In this document: piece by piece, positions 18,376 to 26,423 of the stretch
Numbering within the stretch: the stretch's first letter is position 1
Layout of the letters: each line of letters begins with the position of its first letter
Assembly: GCA_036384015.1 (NCBI GenBank)
Contig: DASVNF010000100.1
Coordinates: 5,952 to 69,951 of the forward strand
DNA: 64,000 bases
Reading direction: 5' to 3'
DNA from: Burkholderiales bacterium
GTDB lineage: Bacteria; Pseudomonadota; Gammaproteobacteria; Burkholderiales; JACQAP01
Notes under the pieces: model-generated
What the model was told of the DNA's origin: nothing
What the model saw: the letters and a program-made list of their open reading frames with translations, nothing else
Database searches by the model: none
Translations under genes and position numbers: made by a program

Positions 18376-18393
18376 ATTGGACCAAAGGCCAAT
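18376..18393. promoter_or_regulatory. 18-bp near-palindrome ATTGGACCAAAGGCCAAT (candidate operator, copy 4, one arm mismatch)
   Basis: Same motif with GGCCAAT in place of GTCCAAT. It lies 72 nt upstream of the OM barrel gene start at 18465 and is flanked by CCGGTTTTTC. Confidence 0.5.
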
Positions 18394-18464
18394 ACCGCAC
18401 CCTGCGGCGTTCTGAGAAAGTCTCCGGGATTATCGGGCAACCCTTTTGCCATGGAGGCTTCATC

Positions 18465-19148
18465 ATGATTTCAATGAAAAGCGCCCTGATCCAGCTGGCC
18501 GCTGCCGCCCTGACTATGGCCTGGATGGCCGGAGCATCCGGCCAGGATGTCACCGATCGCGCCGGCAAGTGGGAAGGCCACTTCAACATCCTCTACGGCG
18601 ACTCGCAGAACGTCACCGGCGACAACGGCTCGTCGGCGGACGTCGACAGCAGCGCCGGCTGGGGTTTCGGCTTCGGCTACAACTTCAATGACCACTGGGC
18701 ACTGGAGGGCAACTTCAGCTACCGGGATGCCGACTACCGCGCCACCGTCGCGCCCGGCGCCGGCAATCCCAATCTGCCGCAATCGATCTCCGGCACCATG
18801 GAAACCTCCACGCTTGCGTTCAATGCCACGTATAACCTGCTGGCCAGGTCGTTCACGCCGTTCGTAACCGGCGGGGTCGGCGGCACCTACGTGGACACCA
18901 ACATTCCCGACGGGCTTGCAGTACCGGTGTGCTGGTGGGATCCCTGGTGGGGGTACTACTGCGCTCCGGCCTATCCCACAAAGGCGGAAACCTACTTCAG
19001 CTACAACGTCGGCGCCGGGGTGCGCTGGGAATCCAAGGGTTCGCTGTTCCTGCGGGCCCTGGTCAGCGAGCAATGGATCGACGTGGGTGGCGACATCGGG
19101 ACCCCCGATTTCCTGCAGTTTCGTCTGGACATCGGCACGCGTTTCTGA
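18465..19148 (+). CDS. Outer-membrane beta-barrel protein (small porin/OmpA-like barrel family)
   Basis: GGAGG RBS. Signal peptide ending MAGASGQD. Gly/aromatic-rich alternating strands and a C-terminal LDIGTRF. Confidence 0.7.
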   Translation: MISMKSALIQLAAAALTMAWMAGASGQDVTDRAGKWEGHFNILYGDSQNVTGDNGSSADVDSSAGWGFGFGYNFNDHWALEGNFSYRDADYRATVAPGAGNPNLPQSISGTMETSTLAFNATYNLLARSFTPFVTGGVGGTYVDTNIPDGLAVPVCWWDPWWGYYCAPAYPTKAETYFSYNVGAGVRWESKGSLFLRALVSEQWIDVGGDIGTPDFLQFRLDIGTRF

Positions 19149-19568
19149 TGCGCCTTTCCTGGGCGGACTGTCGAATTGCCAGGGCGGGGGCGCTTTCGGG
19201 CACGCTGACATCCTTGCTCTGCGCCACCAGCATCTGGAACAGGAAAAGGGTTGAAAGTCGCGTCGGGCACGTATCTGGGCACCATGCAACCGGCCATCGC
19301 CATCAAGAGCGGCAAGGAGCGGCCCAAAGCCGCTGCCGCCGCCGTGCCTTATGGGGGGCTATAGGTATTGGGTCGATCGCGACGACGACGTGTCCAAGGT
19401 GACGTGGATGGCACGATGCTCTTCCGTCTTCTCGAGTCGGGCACACCGGGCAACCTGCCCGTGCGAACCATCCCGGCGGGTTGAGCGCGACATACCGGAC
19501 TGCAGTTGCGGAATGCGGGTGCGCATGCGATTCTCGCGTGCATCCATAATCCGGATCCCGAACCCTTC

Positions 19569-20942
19569 ATGACGCCGTCTTCCCGCGGTGGCCGTCCTGT
19601 ACTTTTTGCATGCATGCGCGGATACGGCATCGCCTGCCTGCTTCTCCTGGCGTCCGGATGCGTCATGCTCGACATCGGCAACGTGCCACAGCAGCAGCGC
19701 AAGATCGACAGCGCCTGCCGGATTCAAGGCAGCGTGAGGACGCAAGGCGACAAGGCCGATGCCCATCCGCTCGTGGTGGTGCTTGCCCGCCTTGCGGGGG
19801 ACGATCCGACGCGGCGCAATTCGTGGACGGTCGCCGACCACTTCGTCCTCGAACAGGCGGGCCGCTGGCAGTTCGCGGCGGGCGCCGGGACTTACGGCAT
19901 CCTCGCCTTCGAAGACGCCAACGCCAACCTGCGCTACGAGTCCGGGGAACCTTTCCTGCGGGGCGATCCGGCGAAGCTCATCGCCTGCAAGGCCGGCGAG
20001 ACATTCGCGGATATTGCCCTCGTCATTCCCGCCGATGGACGCCCGCGCGAAGAAGGCGATATCGATGTGACCGCCCTGCAGGCGCGCCCCGCATCGGACC
20101 AGATGCAGGCGACCCTCGGCGAAGTCACGGCCGTCGGGGAAATCGCTTCGCTGGATGATCCGCGCTTCACTGATGAGGTCGGCGTGATGGGACTGTGGCG
20201 CCCGTTCGACTTCCTGTTCGAGTACCGTCCCGGCATCTATCTGCTGGAGCCCTACGATCCGCAGAAAATCCCGGTGCTGTTCGTGCATGGCATCACCGGC
20301 CATCCCGCCAACTTCCGCAGCATCGTCGGGCATCTGGACCGCAGCCGCTACCAGCCCCTCCTGTATTTCTATCCTTCGGGGGGACACCTCGGACTCATCG
20401 CCGATCACCTGGCGCAAACCATGATGAAGCTCGAAGCCCGCTACGGCTTCCGCAAGTTCTACGTGGTCGCGCACAGCATGGGCGGCCTGACTGCACGCGG
20501 TTTCATCCTGCGCCACAAGTCACTGGCGCCGCGGGTCGAGATTCCGTTGTTCATCAGCCTGTCCACACCTTGGGCCGGCCACAAGGGCGCGAGTTACGGC
20601 GTGGAAATGTCGCCGGCCGTGGTCCGCGTCTGGTACGACATGGCGCCCGGGAGCGAGTACCTGCACAGCCTGTACTACAGCGATCCGCAAACCCGGAAGG
20701 TGCGTGTGACACTGGCGCCTGGAACCGCCCACCATCTGCTGTTCTCGTTCAAGAGCAGCAGCACCGTCGCCATCGGAGAAGCGAATGACGACACCGTCAC
20801 GGTTTCAAGCGAGCTGCTCTGGGACGCGCAGCGGGACGCGGTCCGCGTCTACGGATTCGACGAAACCCACATGGGCATCCTCGACAGCGCCGGGGCGTTG
20901 ACCCTCATCGGCGAACTCATGAACAAGGCGTCCGGAAACTAG
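19569..20942 (+). CDS. Alpha/beta-hydrolase (lipase/esterase-like), probable lipoprotein
   Basis: ORF 19506..20942. ATG 19569 or 19614 precedes the lipobox-like LLLLASGC. Nucleophile elbow VAHSMGG and FVHGITGHPANF (oxyanion region). Confidence 0.7.
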   Translation: MTPSSRGGRPVLFACMRGYGIACLLLLASGCVMLDIGNVPQQQRKIDSACRIQGSVRTQGDKADAHPLVVVLARLAGDDPTRRNSWTVADHFVLEQAGRWQFAAGAGTYGILAFEDANANLRYESGEPFLRGDPAKLIACKAGETFADIALVIPADGRPREEGDIDVTALQARPASDQMQATLGEVTAVGEIASLDDPRFTDEVGVMGLWRPFDFLFEYRPGIYLLEPYDPQKIPVLFVHGITGHPANFRSIVGHLDRSRYQPLLYFYPSGGHLGLIADHLAQTMMKLEARYGFRKFYVVAHSMGGLTARGFILRHKSLAPRVEIPLFISLSTPWAGHKGASYGVEMSPAVVRVWYDMAPGSEYLHSLYYSDPQTRKVRVTLAPGTAHHLLFSFKSSSTVAIGEANDDTVTVSSELLWDAQRDAVRVYGFDETHMGILDSAGALTLIGELMNKASGN

Positions 20943-20945
20943 GGC

Positions 20946-21680
20946 ATGAATGCCGGCTTGCCATGGCGCCTTTCGGGAACGAGGCTCCTGGCCGCTGCCG
21001 GCGCATTCGCGCTGATGACCACGGCTTGCGATGCGGCGGAAGAACAGTTCTGGCCCGAGGTGGACGGATTCTTCAAGCTGGACGATCGGTCGCGGCTGTT
21101 CCTGATGGGCTCCCTCACGCGGGCCGAGAATACCGATTACCGGACGGGCAGCCCCAGGTATGAAAATGGCAAGGTCGGCGCCCATGTCGACATCAGCCTG
21201 CGCCCCCTGCTCCGGCCGGCCCTGCAGGAGCAGGACTGGGAACGCAACCGCTACCTGTGGGTGAGGATCGGCTATAACTATGTGGGGAATTACCGCGCGG
21301 ATGGCGAAACGTACCATGAAGATCGCGGCATCCTGGAACTGTCCCTGCGGCAACCGGCGGCACACGGAATTACGCTGACGGGCCGGCTGAAATGGGACCT
21401 GCGCGACATCGACGGCGACTATTCAAATCGCTACCGGGTGCGGGCCGGACTGGAACGTGCATTCGAAGCAGGTGGGCATGCGCTGGTGCCCTATGCCCAT
21501 GCGGAAGCGGCTTATGACTCGCGCTATGAAACATGGAACCGGCAGCACTATCAGGCCGGCGTTGAAGTCTCCATCAACAAGGCTTGGCGAATCGAGCCTT
21601 ACCTTGGCCGGCAAAACGACAGCCGGTCCGACGCTGCCCATATCAATATCCTGGGCCTGATTCTCAAGTACTACCACTAG
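20946..21680 (+). CDS. Hypothetical outer-membrane barrel protein (DUF2490-like)
   Basis: N-terminal signal-like region. Alternating beta pattern with repeated R/Y/W-rich strands (RYRVRAGLERAF, HYQAGVEVSINKAWRIEPYLG). Starts 3 nt after the hydrolase stop. The family call is from memory only. Confidence 0.4.
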   Translation: MNAGLPWRLSGTRLLAAAGAFALMTTACDAAEEQFWPEVDGFFKLDDRSRLFLMGSLTRAENTDYRTGSPRYENGKVGAHVDISLRPLLRPALQEQDWERNRYLWVRIGYNYVGNYRADGETYHEDRGILELSLRQPAAHGITLTGRLKWDLRDIDGDYSNRYRVRAGLERAFEAGGHALVPYAHAEAAYDSRYETWNRQHYQAGVEVSINKAWRIEPYLGRQNDSRSDAAHINILGLILKYYH

Positions 21681-21748
21681 GCATCGGGATGCGGCCTGCG
21701 GCCACAACGGACTCACCAGGTCTCAATTGCGACAATCCAACGGGAGAA

Positions 21749-22378
21749 ATGAAAATGAAACTGTCCAGGCGAATCCTCCAGCAGGCCGCTCTGCTACTTG
21801 TTGCCGCGGGGCTGTACGCATGTGCTTCAACCACGCTCGACAATTCCTGGAGGGACCCGAAATACAGCGGCGGTCCGGTGACCAAGGTGCTGGTGACCGG
21901 CATTTCGAACCAGGCCAGCGTGAGGCGCGCATTCGAGGAGACGTTCGCGCAGGCGTTGACGCAGGCCGGCGTGAAAGCGGTAACCAGCCATAGCCTGATT
22001 CCCCAGGATGGCCAGATTGAGGAAGATATCCTGAAGAACGCCGTGGAGCAGGCGGGTGCAGACGGTGTCCTGATCACCCGCATGGTCGGACGGCAAACGG
22101 ATATCGCCATGACCCCCACGCCGGTGGCACCTTCAGCGTATGGAATGCGCGGGCACTACACCCAGTTCTATGCCACATCCTGGAATGGCTATTACGAACC
22201 GACGGTGGTCCAACAATTCAACTATGTCCTGACGGAAACAACGCTGTTCCGGTCGGACGCGCCGGAGCCGGTCTGGTCGGGGACGGCACGCACCCTGGAC
22301 CCAACGGATGTGCGCAAGGCAACTGCGGACTTCGCCAAAGTCGTGATTGCCGCATTGAAGAAAGAAGGTTTGATCTGA
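21749..22378 (+). CDS. Lipoprotein, hypothetical (DUF4136-like)
   Basis: ORF 21584..22378 trimmed to ATG 21749 with a GGGAG RBS. Signal plus lipobox: LLLVAAGLYAC. Confidence 0.5.
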   Translation: MKMKLSRRILQQAALLLVAAGLYACASTTLDNSWRDPKYSGGPVTKVLVTGISNQASVRRAFEETFAQALTQAGVKAVTSHSLIPQDGQIEEDILKNAVEQAGADGVLITRMVGRQTDIAMTPTPVAPSAYGMRGHYTQFYATSWNGYYEPTVVQQFNYVLTETTLFRSDAPEPVWSGTARTLDPTDVRKATADFAKVVIAALKKEGLI

Positions 22379-22562
22379 GCCGTTGCGTGAACCGGTGGCT
22401 TGCCGCCATGCGGTCCATGCCAGGTCAGTAAGCCTCGCAGAGAGCAGGAATTCATGAACACCGTGGCAGTTAACGCGTCAGCCTTGAATGTAGCGAGTGC
22501 AGGCGAATTTCAGGAGGAGTCTCGTTTTTCAACGTTGAAGCCTTAGGGAGGAACAATAAATC

Positions 22563-23456
22563 ATGGCAACCAGGAAAATCGCCAGGACCACCAAAGTCAC
22601 TGTACGCACCAGAGCCGCCGGAAGCAGGAAAGCCGCCACTGTAAGAAAAACCGCCAAGGCCGGCAGCGCTGCGGCGACGCTTTCGCCCGAGCAGATCGGC
22701 CAGGTCATCGAACTCATCAAGGGGGCGAACAGCGTCGAACTGAAGCTTTCCGTACCTGTCGTGAGCCACCAAGCCACGATCAAGGCTATCGGCCTCGACC
22801 CGGTAGAGGCGCAGCCGCGGCAGGCGTTCTTCTTCGATACGCCGGATCTTGCCTTGAACCGCGCCGGGCTGGTCGTCCGCGTCCGGCGAACCCAGGGCGG
22901 AACTGCCGACACGGTCATCAAGCTCCGCCCGGTAGACCCGGCCACGATTGACAAGGAGCTCAGACGCTCGGACAGCTTCAAGGTCGAGGTGGATGTGATG
23001 CCGGGAGGGTTCGTCTGTTCGGCGTCGTTCAAGGGCGTGTGTCCGACCAAGGATGCGAGGGACGTGGCGGCCGGCCTGGCTCCCGTGAGTTCGCTGTTCT
23101 CGAAGGAGCAGCGCGCGTTCTTCAAAGCGCACGCTCCGGCGAAGGTCAATCTGGACAAGCTGACCGTGCTGGGCCCCACTTTCGTGCTGAAGGCCAAGCA
23201 CCAGCCGAAGGACTTCGATCGGCGCATTGTCGTCGAAATGTGGCTCTATCCCGACGGTTCGCGCATCCTCGAAGTCTCCACCAAGGGCCTGCCGGTCGAG
23301 GCCTTCCAGGTCGCCGCCACATTCAAGGCTTACCTGGCGAAGCTGGGCGTCTCGCTCGCCGCAAAGCAGGAAACGAAGACCAAGGCCGCGCTGGATTTCT
23401 ACAGGGCCAAAGTCAGATCGGATCTGGGCGGCGTTGTGCCGGCGGCGATGCGATGA
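22563..23456 (+). CDS. CYTH-like domain protein with a basic Lys/Arg/Ala/Thr-rich N-terminal tail
   Basis: GGAGG RBS. The first about 40 aa (MATRKIARTTKVTVRTRAAGSRKAATVRKTAKAG) are strongly basic. The body shows a CYTH-like pattern of alternating charged beta strands (VELKLSV, LVVRVRR, VIKLRP, FKVEVDV, VVEMWLY, ILEVSTK). Confidence 0.4.
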   Translation: MATRKIARTTKVTVRTRAAGSRKAATVRKTAKAGSAAATLSPEQIGQVIELIKGANSVELKLSVPVVSHQATIKAIGLDPVEAQPRQAFFFDTPDLALNRAGLVVRVRRTQGGTADTVIKLRPVDPATIDKELRRSDSFKVEVDVMPGGFVCSASFKGVCPTKDARDVAAGLAPVSSLFSKEQRAFFKAHAPAKVNLDKLTVLGPTFVLKAKHQPKDFDRRIVVEMWLYPDGSRILEVSTKGLPVEAFQVAATFKAYLAKLGVSLAAKQETKTKAALDFYRAKVRSDLGGVVPAAMR

Positions 23457-23625
23457 GGCCCGCCGGCATTTCGAGGAGAATACGCAAGGCGCAATCGAGG
23501 CCGGCAAGCTGGCCGGCTTCGTCGTGCTTCGGACAATCCGCTGACGGTCGACCGGTCGAGTCCACCGAGCTGAAAGTGCGCAAGGCGACCAGGAGAGGCC
23601 GGTCGATTTACCGTGAGGCTAATTC
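23455..23625 (+). pseudogene. Remnant of the 3' end of an amidohydrolase-family gene (frameshifted fragment)
   Basis: Across three frames the DNA reads ...FEENTQGAIEAGKLAGFVVL / DNPLTVD / ELKVRKATRRGRSIYRE. This resembles the usual amidohydrolase C-terminus (GS.E.GK.AD.VVLD.NPL.V....IK...V..T.V.G..VY). No N-terminal part is present. Confidence 0.35.
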
Positions 23626-23645
23626 CCGGGCCGCGCCCCGCCGCC

Positions 23646-24017
23646 TCAGAGAAATCGGTTCGGCTGCAGGAACATTCCCAGCAAGAGCGCACCCTCAGGC
23701 GCGGTCGCGACGTGCCTGCTGCCCGCCGGCCGCCAGACATACTCGCCGGCTTTGACCTCGCCCTCCCCGTCCACCAGCCTGCCTTCCAGGACGTAGGTCT
23801 GCTCTACGCCGGCGTGCTCGTGCAACGGCAGCACGGCACCCGGCGCCATGCGGGTGAGGCTGGTCATCAGTCCGGTCTCCTTGTCCTCCAGCAACACCTT
23901 GATCTCCACGCCGGAAAATGCAGTCTTGCGCCAGGACAGGTCCTGCATTTTCACGTAACGCGACGACAGCGGCTTCAGTTCGCCTTCGGGTTTCCAGTCG
24001 GGTGTATGTGCGGTCAC
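23646..24017 (-). CDS. Cupin-domain protein (ChrR-like cupin)
   Basis: ORF 23646..24218 trimmed to the in-frame GTG 24017, which is preceded by GGAGGG. Cupin motifs: VLPLHEHAGVEQTYVLEG and GEYVWRPAGSRH. The longer ORF would translate the 7-bp repeat. Confidence 0.65.
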   Translation of the reverse strand: MTAHTPDWKPEGELKPLSSRYVKMQDLSWRKTAFSGVEIKVLLEDKETGLMTSLTRMAPGAVLPLHEHAGVEQTYVLEGRLVDGEGEVKAGEYVWRPAGSRHVATAPEGALLLGMFLQPNRFL

Positions 24018-24033
24018 GTTCCCTCCAAATGAC

Positions 24034-24151
24034 GTGCTGAGTGCTGAGTGCTGAGTGCTGAGTGCTGAGTGCTGAGTGCTGAGTGCTGAGTGCTGAGTGC
24101 TGAGTGCTGAGTGCTGAGTGCTGAGTGCTGAGTGCTGAGTGCTGAGTGCTG
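24034..24151. repeat. Heptanucleotide tandem repeat (GTGCTGA) x16 perfect copies plus a 6-nt partial 17th
   Basis: Counted directly: units begin at 24034+7k for k=0..15, and the 17th unit is GTGCTG followed by c. The array ends 16 nt upstream of the cupin GTG start and RBS. Confidence 0.95.
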
Positions 24152-24205
24152 CAATTGGACGTTCCTGCGTATTCGCGGTTCTCCGATCTCGTTGTATTCC
24201 TCTCG

Positions 24206-24298
24206 CAGCACACAGCACTCGGTATGCAGCACGCCTTCCTTCTCAGTCACGCGTCACGCTTCTCCGTTCCCGTCACGCTTTTCTGTCACCCGCCACGC
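24206..24298. repeat. Degenerate inverted copies of the heptamer (CAGCAC motifs, 24206-24232) followed by five direct GTCACGC-like heptamers (24246-24298)
   Basis: CAGCACACAGCACTCGGTATGCAGCAC is complementary to (GTGCTGA)n. GTCACGC occurs at 24246, 24253 and 24272, GTCACCC at 24285 and GCCACGC at 24292. Confidence 0.8.
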
Positions 24299-24304
24299 GG
24301 CATT

Positions 24305-25240
24305 TCAGACCCGCGTTACCAGCGGCTTGCCGGCGAAGAACGCCGCCAGGTTGTCCACCACCAGTTGCCCCATTGCCGCGCGCGTCTGGTGCGTTCCGCT
24401 GGAAACATGCGGCTGCAGCACCACGTTGTCGAGCGTGAAGAGGGCTTCCGGCACTTTGGGCTCGGCGACGAACACGTCCAGTCCGGCGCCGGCCAGCTTG
24501 CCGCTGACCAGCGCCTCGACGAGAGCGGGCTCGTCCACTGTCGAACCGCGCGACACGTTGATCAGATAGCGCTTGCTTCCCAATGCTTCGATGACCTCGC
24601 GGCTGACGATGCGCTCGGTTTCCTTGCCGCCGGGGCAGGACACCATCAGGATATCCACTGCGCGGGCCAGATCCACCGGCCGGTCGTAAAAGTCATAGGC
24701 AACGCCTGCCTGCTTGTGGCGGCCGTGATAGGAGATTTTCATGCCGAATGCTTCGGCGCGCCGGGCAATGGCCTTGCCGATCGCGCCGAGGCCGATGATG
24801 CCGAGGCGACTGCCCGACACCTTGTCGGTCAGCGGGGCGCCGCCCTTCAGCCAGTTGCCCGCCCGCACGAAATTATCGTTGAACACCGTGCGCCGCACCG
24901 TGCTGAGCAGCAGCGCCAGCGCATTGTCCGCGACGCATTCGGTCAGCACGTCAGGCGTGTTGGTCACGGCGATGCCGAGCTCGCGCGCCGCCGGCACGTC
25001 GATGCCGTCCACGCCGACACCGAAGCAGGAGATGATTTTGAGTTTCGGAAAGCGCTTCATCAGCGCCACCGTCATGCCTTCGTGGCCCGCCGTCGCCGCG
25101 GCGGTGATGCGGCCGGCGACGGATGCGACGAACGCGTCCTTTTCCGCGGCCTCGTAGTAGCGGTGCACGGTGTAAGCGGCATCGAGTTGTTTCATGGTCG
25201 CGGGAAACAACGGGCAGATCAGCAGCAGGTCGGGTTTCAT
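24305..25240 (-). CDS. D-isomer-specific 2-hydroxyacid dehydrogenase (glyoxylate/hydroxypyruvate reductase-like)
   Basis: ORF 24305..25321 trimmed to ATG 25240. NAD-binding GIIGLGAIGKAIARR. Catalytic region INVSRGSTVDE...LDVF..EP and QPHVSSGT. Confidence 0.8.
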   Translation of the reverse strand: MKPDLLLICPLFPATMKQLDAAYTVHRYYEAAEKDAFVASVAGRITAAATAGHEGMTVALMKRFPKLKIISCFGVGVDGIDVPAARELGIAVTNTPDVLTECVADNALALLLSTVRRTVFNDNFVRAGNWLKGGAPLTDKVSGSRLGIIGLGAIGKAIARRAEAFGMKISYHGRHKQAGVAYDFYDRPVDLARAVDILMVSCPGGKETERIVSREVIEALGSKRYLINVSRGSTVDEPALVEALVSGKLAGAGLDVFVAEPKVPEALFTLDNVVLQPHVSSGTHQTRAAMGQLVVDNLAAFFAGKPLVTRV

Positions 25241-25286
25241 GTTTTGCAGTTCCTGTTGGTGAATTTTTGATCCTCCGACTTCCGGC

Positions 25287-26423
25287 TCAAAATGCGTCGC
25301 CGATGTAAAAATACCACGCATCCTCGCCCTTGACGCGCGAGTAATCGATGCTGGCGGTCACCTTGTGCTTTTCCGATGCGAGGTAGCGCAGGCCGGCACC
25401 GGCGCTGCTCAGCACGTCGGAGTCGAACTTTCCCCAGTCCGGGGCAACCTGGCCGAAGCCGGCGAAAAACACGCCACCGAAGCGATGGAAGAACGGAGTG
25501 CGGTATTCGACCTGCGCCGCATACATCGCATGATCGCGGTAACGGCCGCTGACATAGCCGCGCAGATCCTTTTTCTGCCCGAACTGGCAAAGGTCGAAAA
25601 ACGGCGCGCCGTCGGAGGCGCTGCACGCCGACATCCTGCCCGCGATCACGCCGTAGCGGCCGATGCCGAAGTACTTGTTCCACTGGGCATCGAGCAGTTC
25701 GTATTCGAGGTCGCTGCCGAGCGCTTCGTCGAACCGATACAAGGTCAGGGACGCGAACGAGCCCGAGCCGGGACTAAAACTGCTGTCGCGCGTGTCGTAC
25801 TGGCCGATCAGGCTGACGCCGACCGTGTCCACGTTGAGCTCGGACGACAGCAGGTCGTACATGGGACCCGGCGGAAGATCGGTATCGAGGGACGTTTCGG
25901 TGCCCGCGTAGCGCATGCCGGCACCGCCATAGAAACCGGCGCCGATGCGGCGCAGGACGGAGCCGAACATGGCATTGGTGCGCGTCGCGACCGGTACCGA
26001 TGCGCCGATATCGCCCGCCGTCTCGCCGATGCCGTAGAAATCGTAGTGCACGTCCGCGACGCCGGCGCCGAATGTCACCCGCCACAGGTCCTCCTTGAAA
26101 CGCAACTGCGTGCCGGCGCCCGCGATCCAGGTTCCGTTGGAAGTCACGGCCGCGCCCGCGCCGATCAGCGAAGGTTGCGTGGAGCCGCCGAATGGGAACA
26201 AGTGCAGCGCCGTCAGCGCGAGTCCGGTACCGATACTCGGGTTGGAAATCGGGATGGGCATGAAGACCCAGTCCGCGGTCGTTTTGATGCCGGTTTCGGG
26301 CTTGGGCTCGACTTCCTCCACGCCCTTGACGGGAGCGATCTCCGGCCCGGCCGCCAGTGCCGGCGAGAGCAACGGCACAATCAGCGCCAGGACCGTGCAG
26401 CGAAAGCCCCTTTTGTTCTTCAT
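25287..26423 (-). CDS. Outer-membrane beta-barrel protein (bacterial surface antigen/Omp85-barrel-like, no POTRA region seen)
   Basis: ATG 26423 overlaps the stop of the upstream gene (ATGA). Signal peptide ending PALAAGPE. Gly/aromatic-rich strands and a C-terminal YFYIGDAF. Confidence 0.6.
   Translation of the reverse strand: MKNKRGFRCTVLALIVPLLSPALAAGPEIAPVKGVEEVEPKPETGIKTTADWVFMPIPISNPSIGTGLALTALHLFPFGGSTQPSLIGAGAAVTSNGTWIAGAGTQLRFKEDLWRVTFGAGVADVHYDFYGIGETAGDIGASVPVATRTNAMFGSVLRRIGAGFYGGAGMRYAGTETSLDTDLPPGPMYDLLSSELNVDTVGVSLIGQYDTRDSSFSPGSGSFASLTLYRFDEALGSDLEYELLDAQWNKYFGIGRYGVIAGRMSACSASDGAPFFDLCQFGQKKDLRGYVSGRYRDHAMYAAQVEYRTPFFHRFGGVFFAGFGQVAPDWGKFDSDVLSSAGAGLRYLASEKHKVTASIDYSRVKGEDAWYFYIGDAF

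Noticed and set aside
19001-19327. Minus-strand ORF with a lipoprotein-like start (LLMAMAGC) in the 420-nt spacer after the OM barrel gene
   Set aside because: It has a TTG start and no RBS. The body is Arg/Pro-rich and runs 150 nt into the convergent OM barrel gene, so it is most likely spurious.
24034-24151. Possible CRISPR array
   Set aside because: The unit is only 7 bp, is perfectly tandem and has no spacers. It is a microsatellite-type repeat, not a CRISPR array. No cas genes are present in the window.
24018-24218. Upstream part of ORF 23646..24218, which translates the heptamer array as (STQHSAL)n
   Set aside because: This is probably fortuitous. It starts at a GTG without an RBS, whereas GTG 24017 has GGAGGG upstream and yields a normal-length cupin protein. 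It is kept as an alternative in the phase-variation finding.
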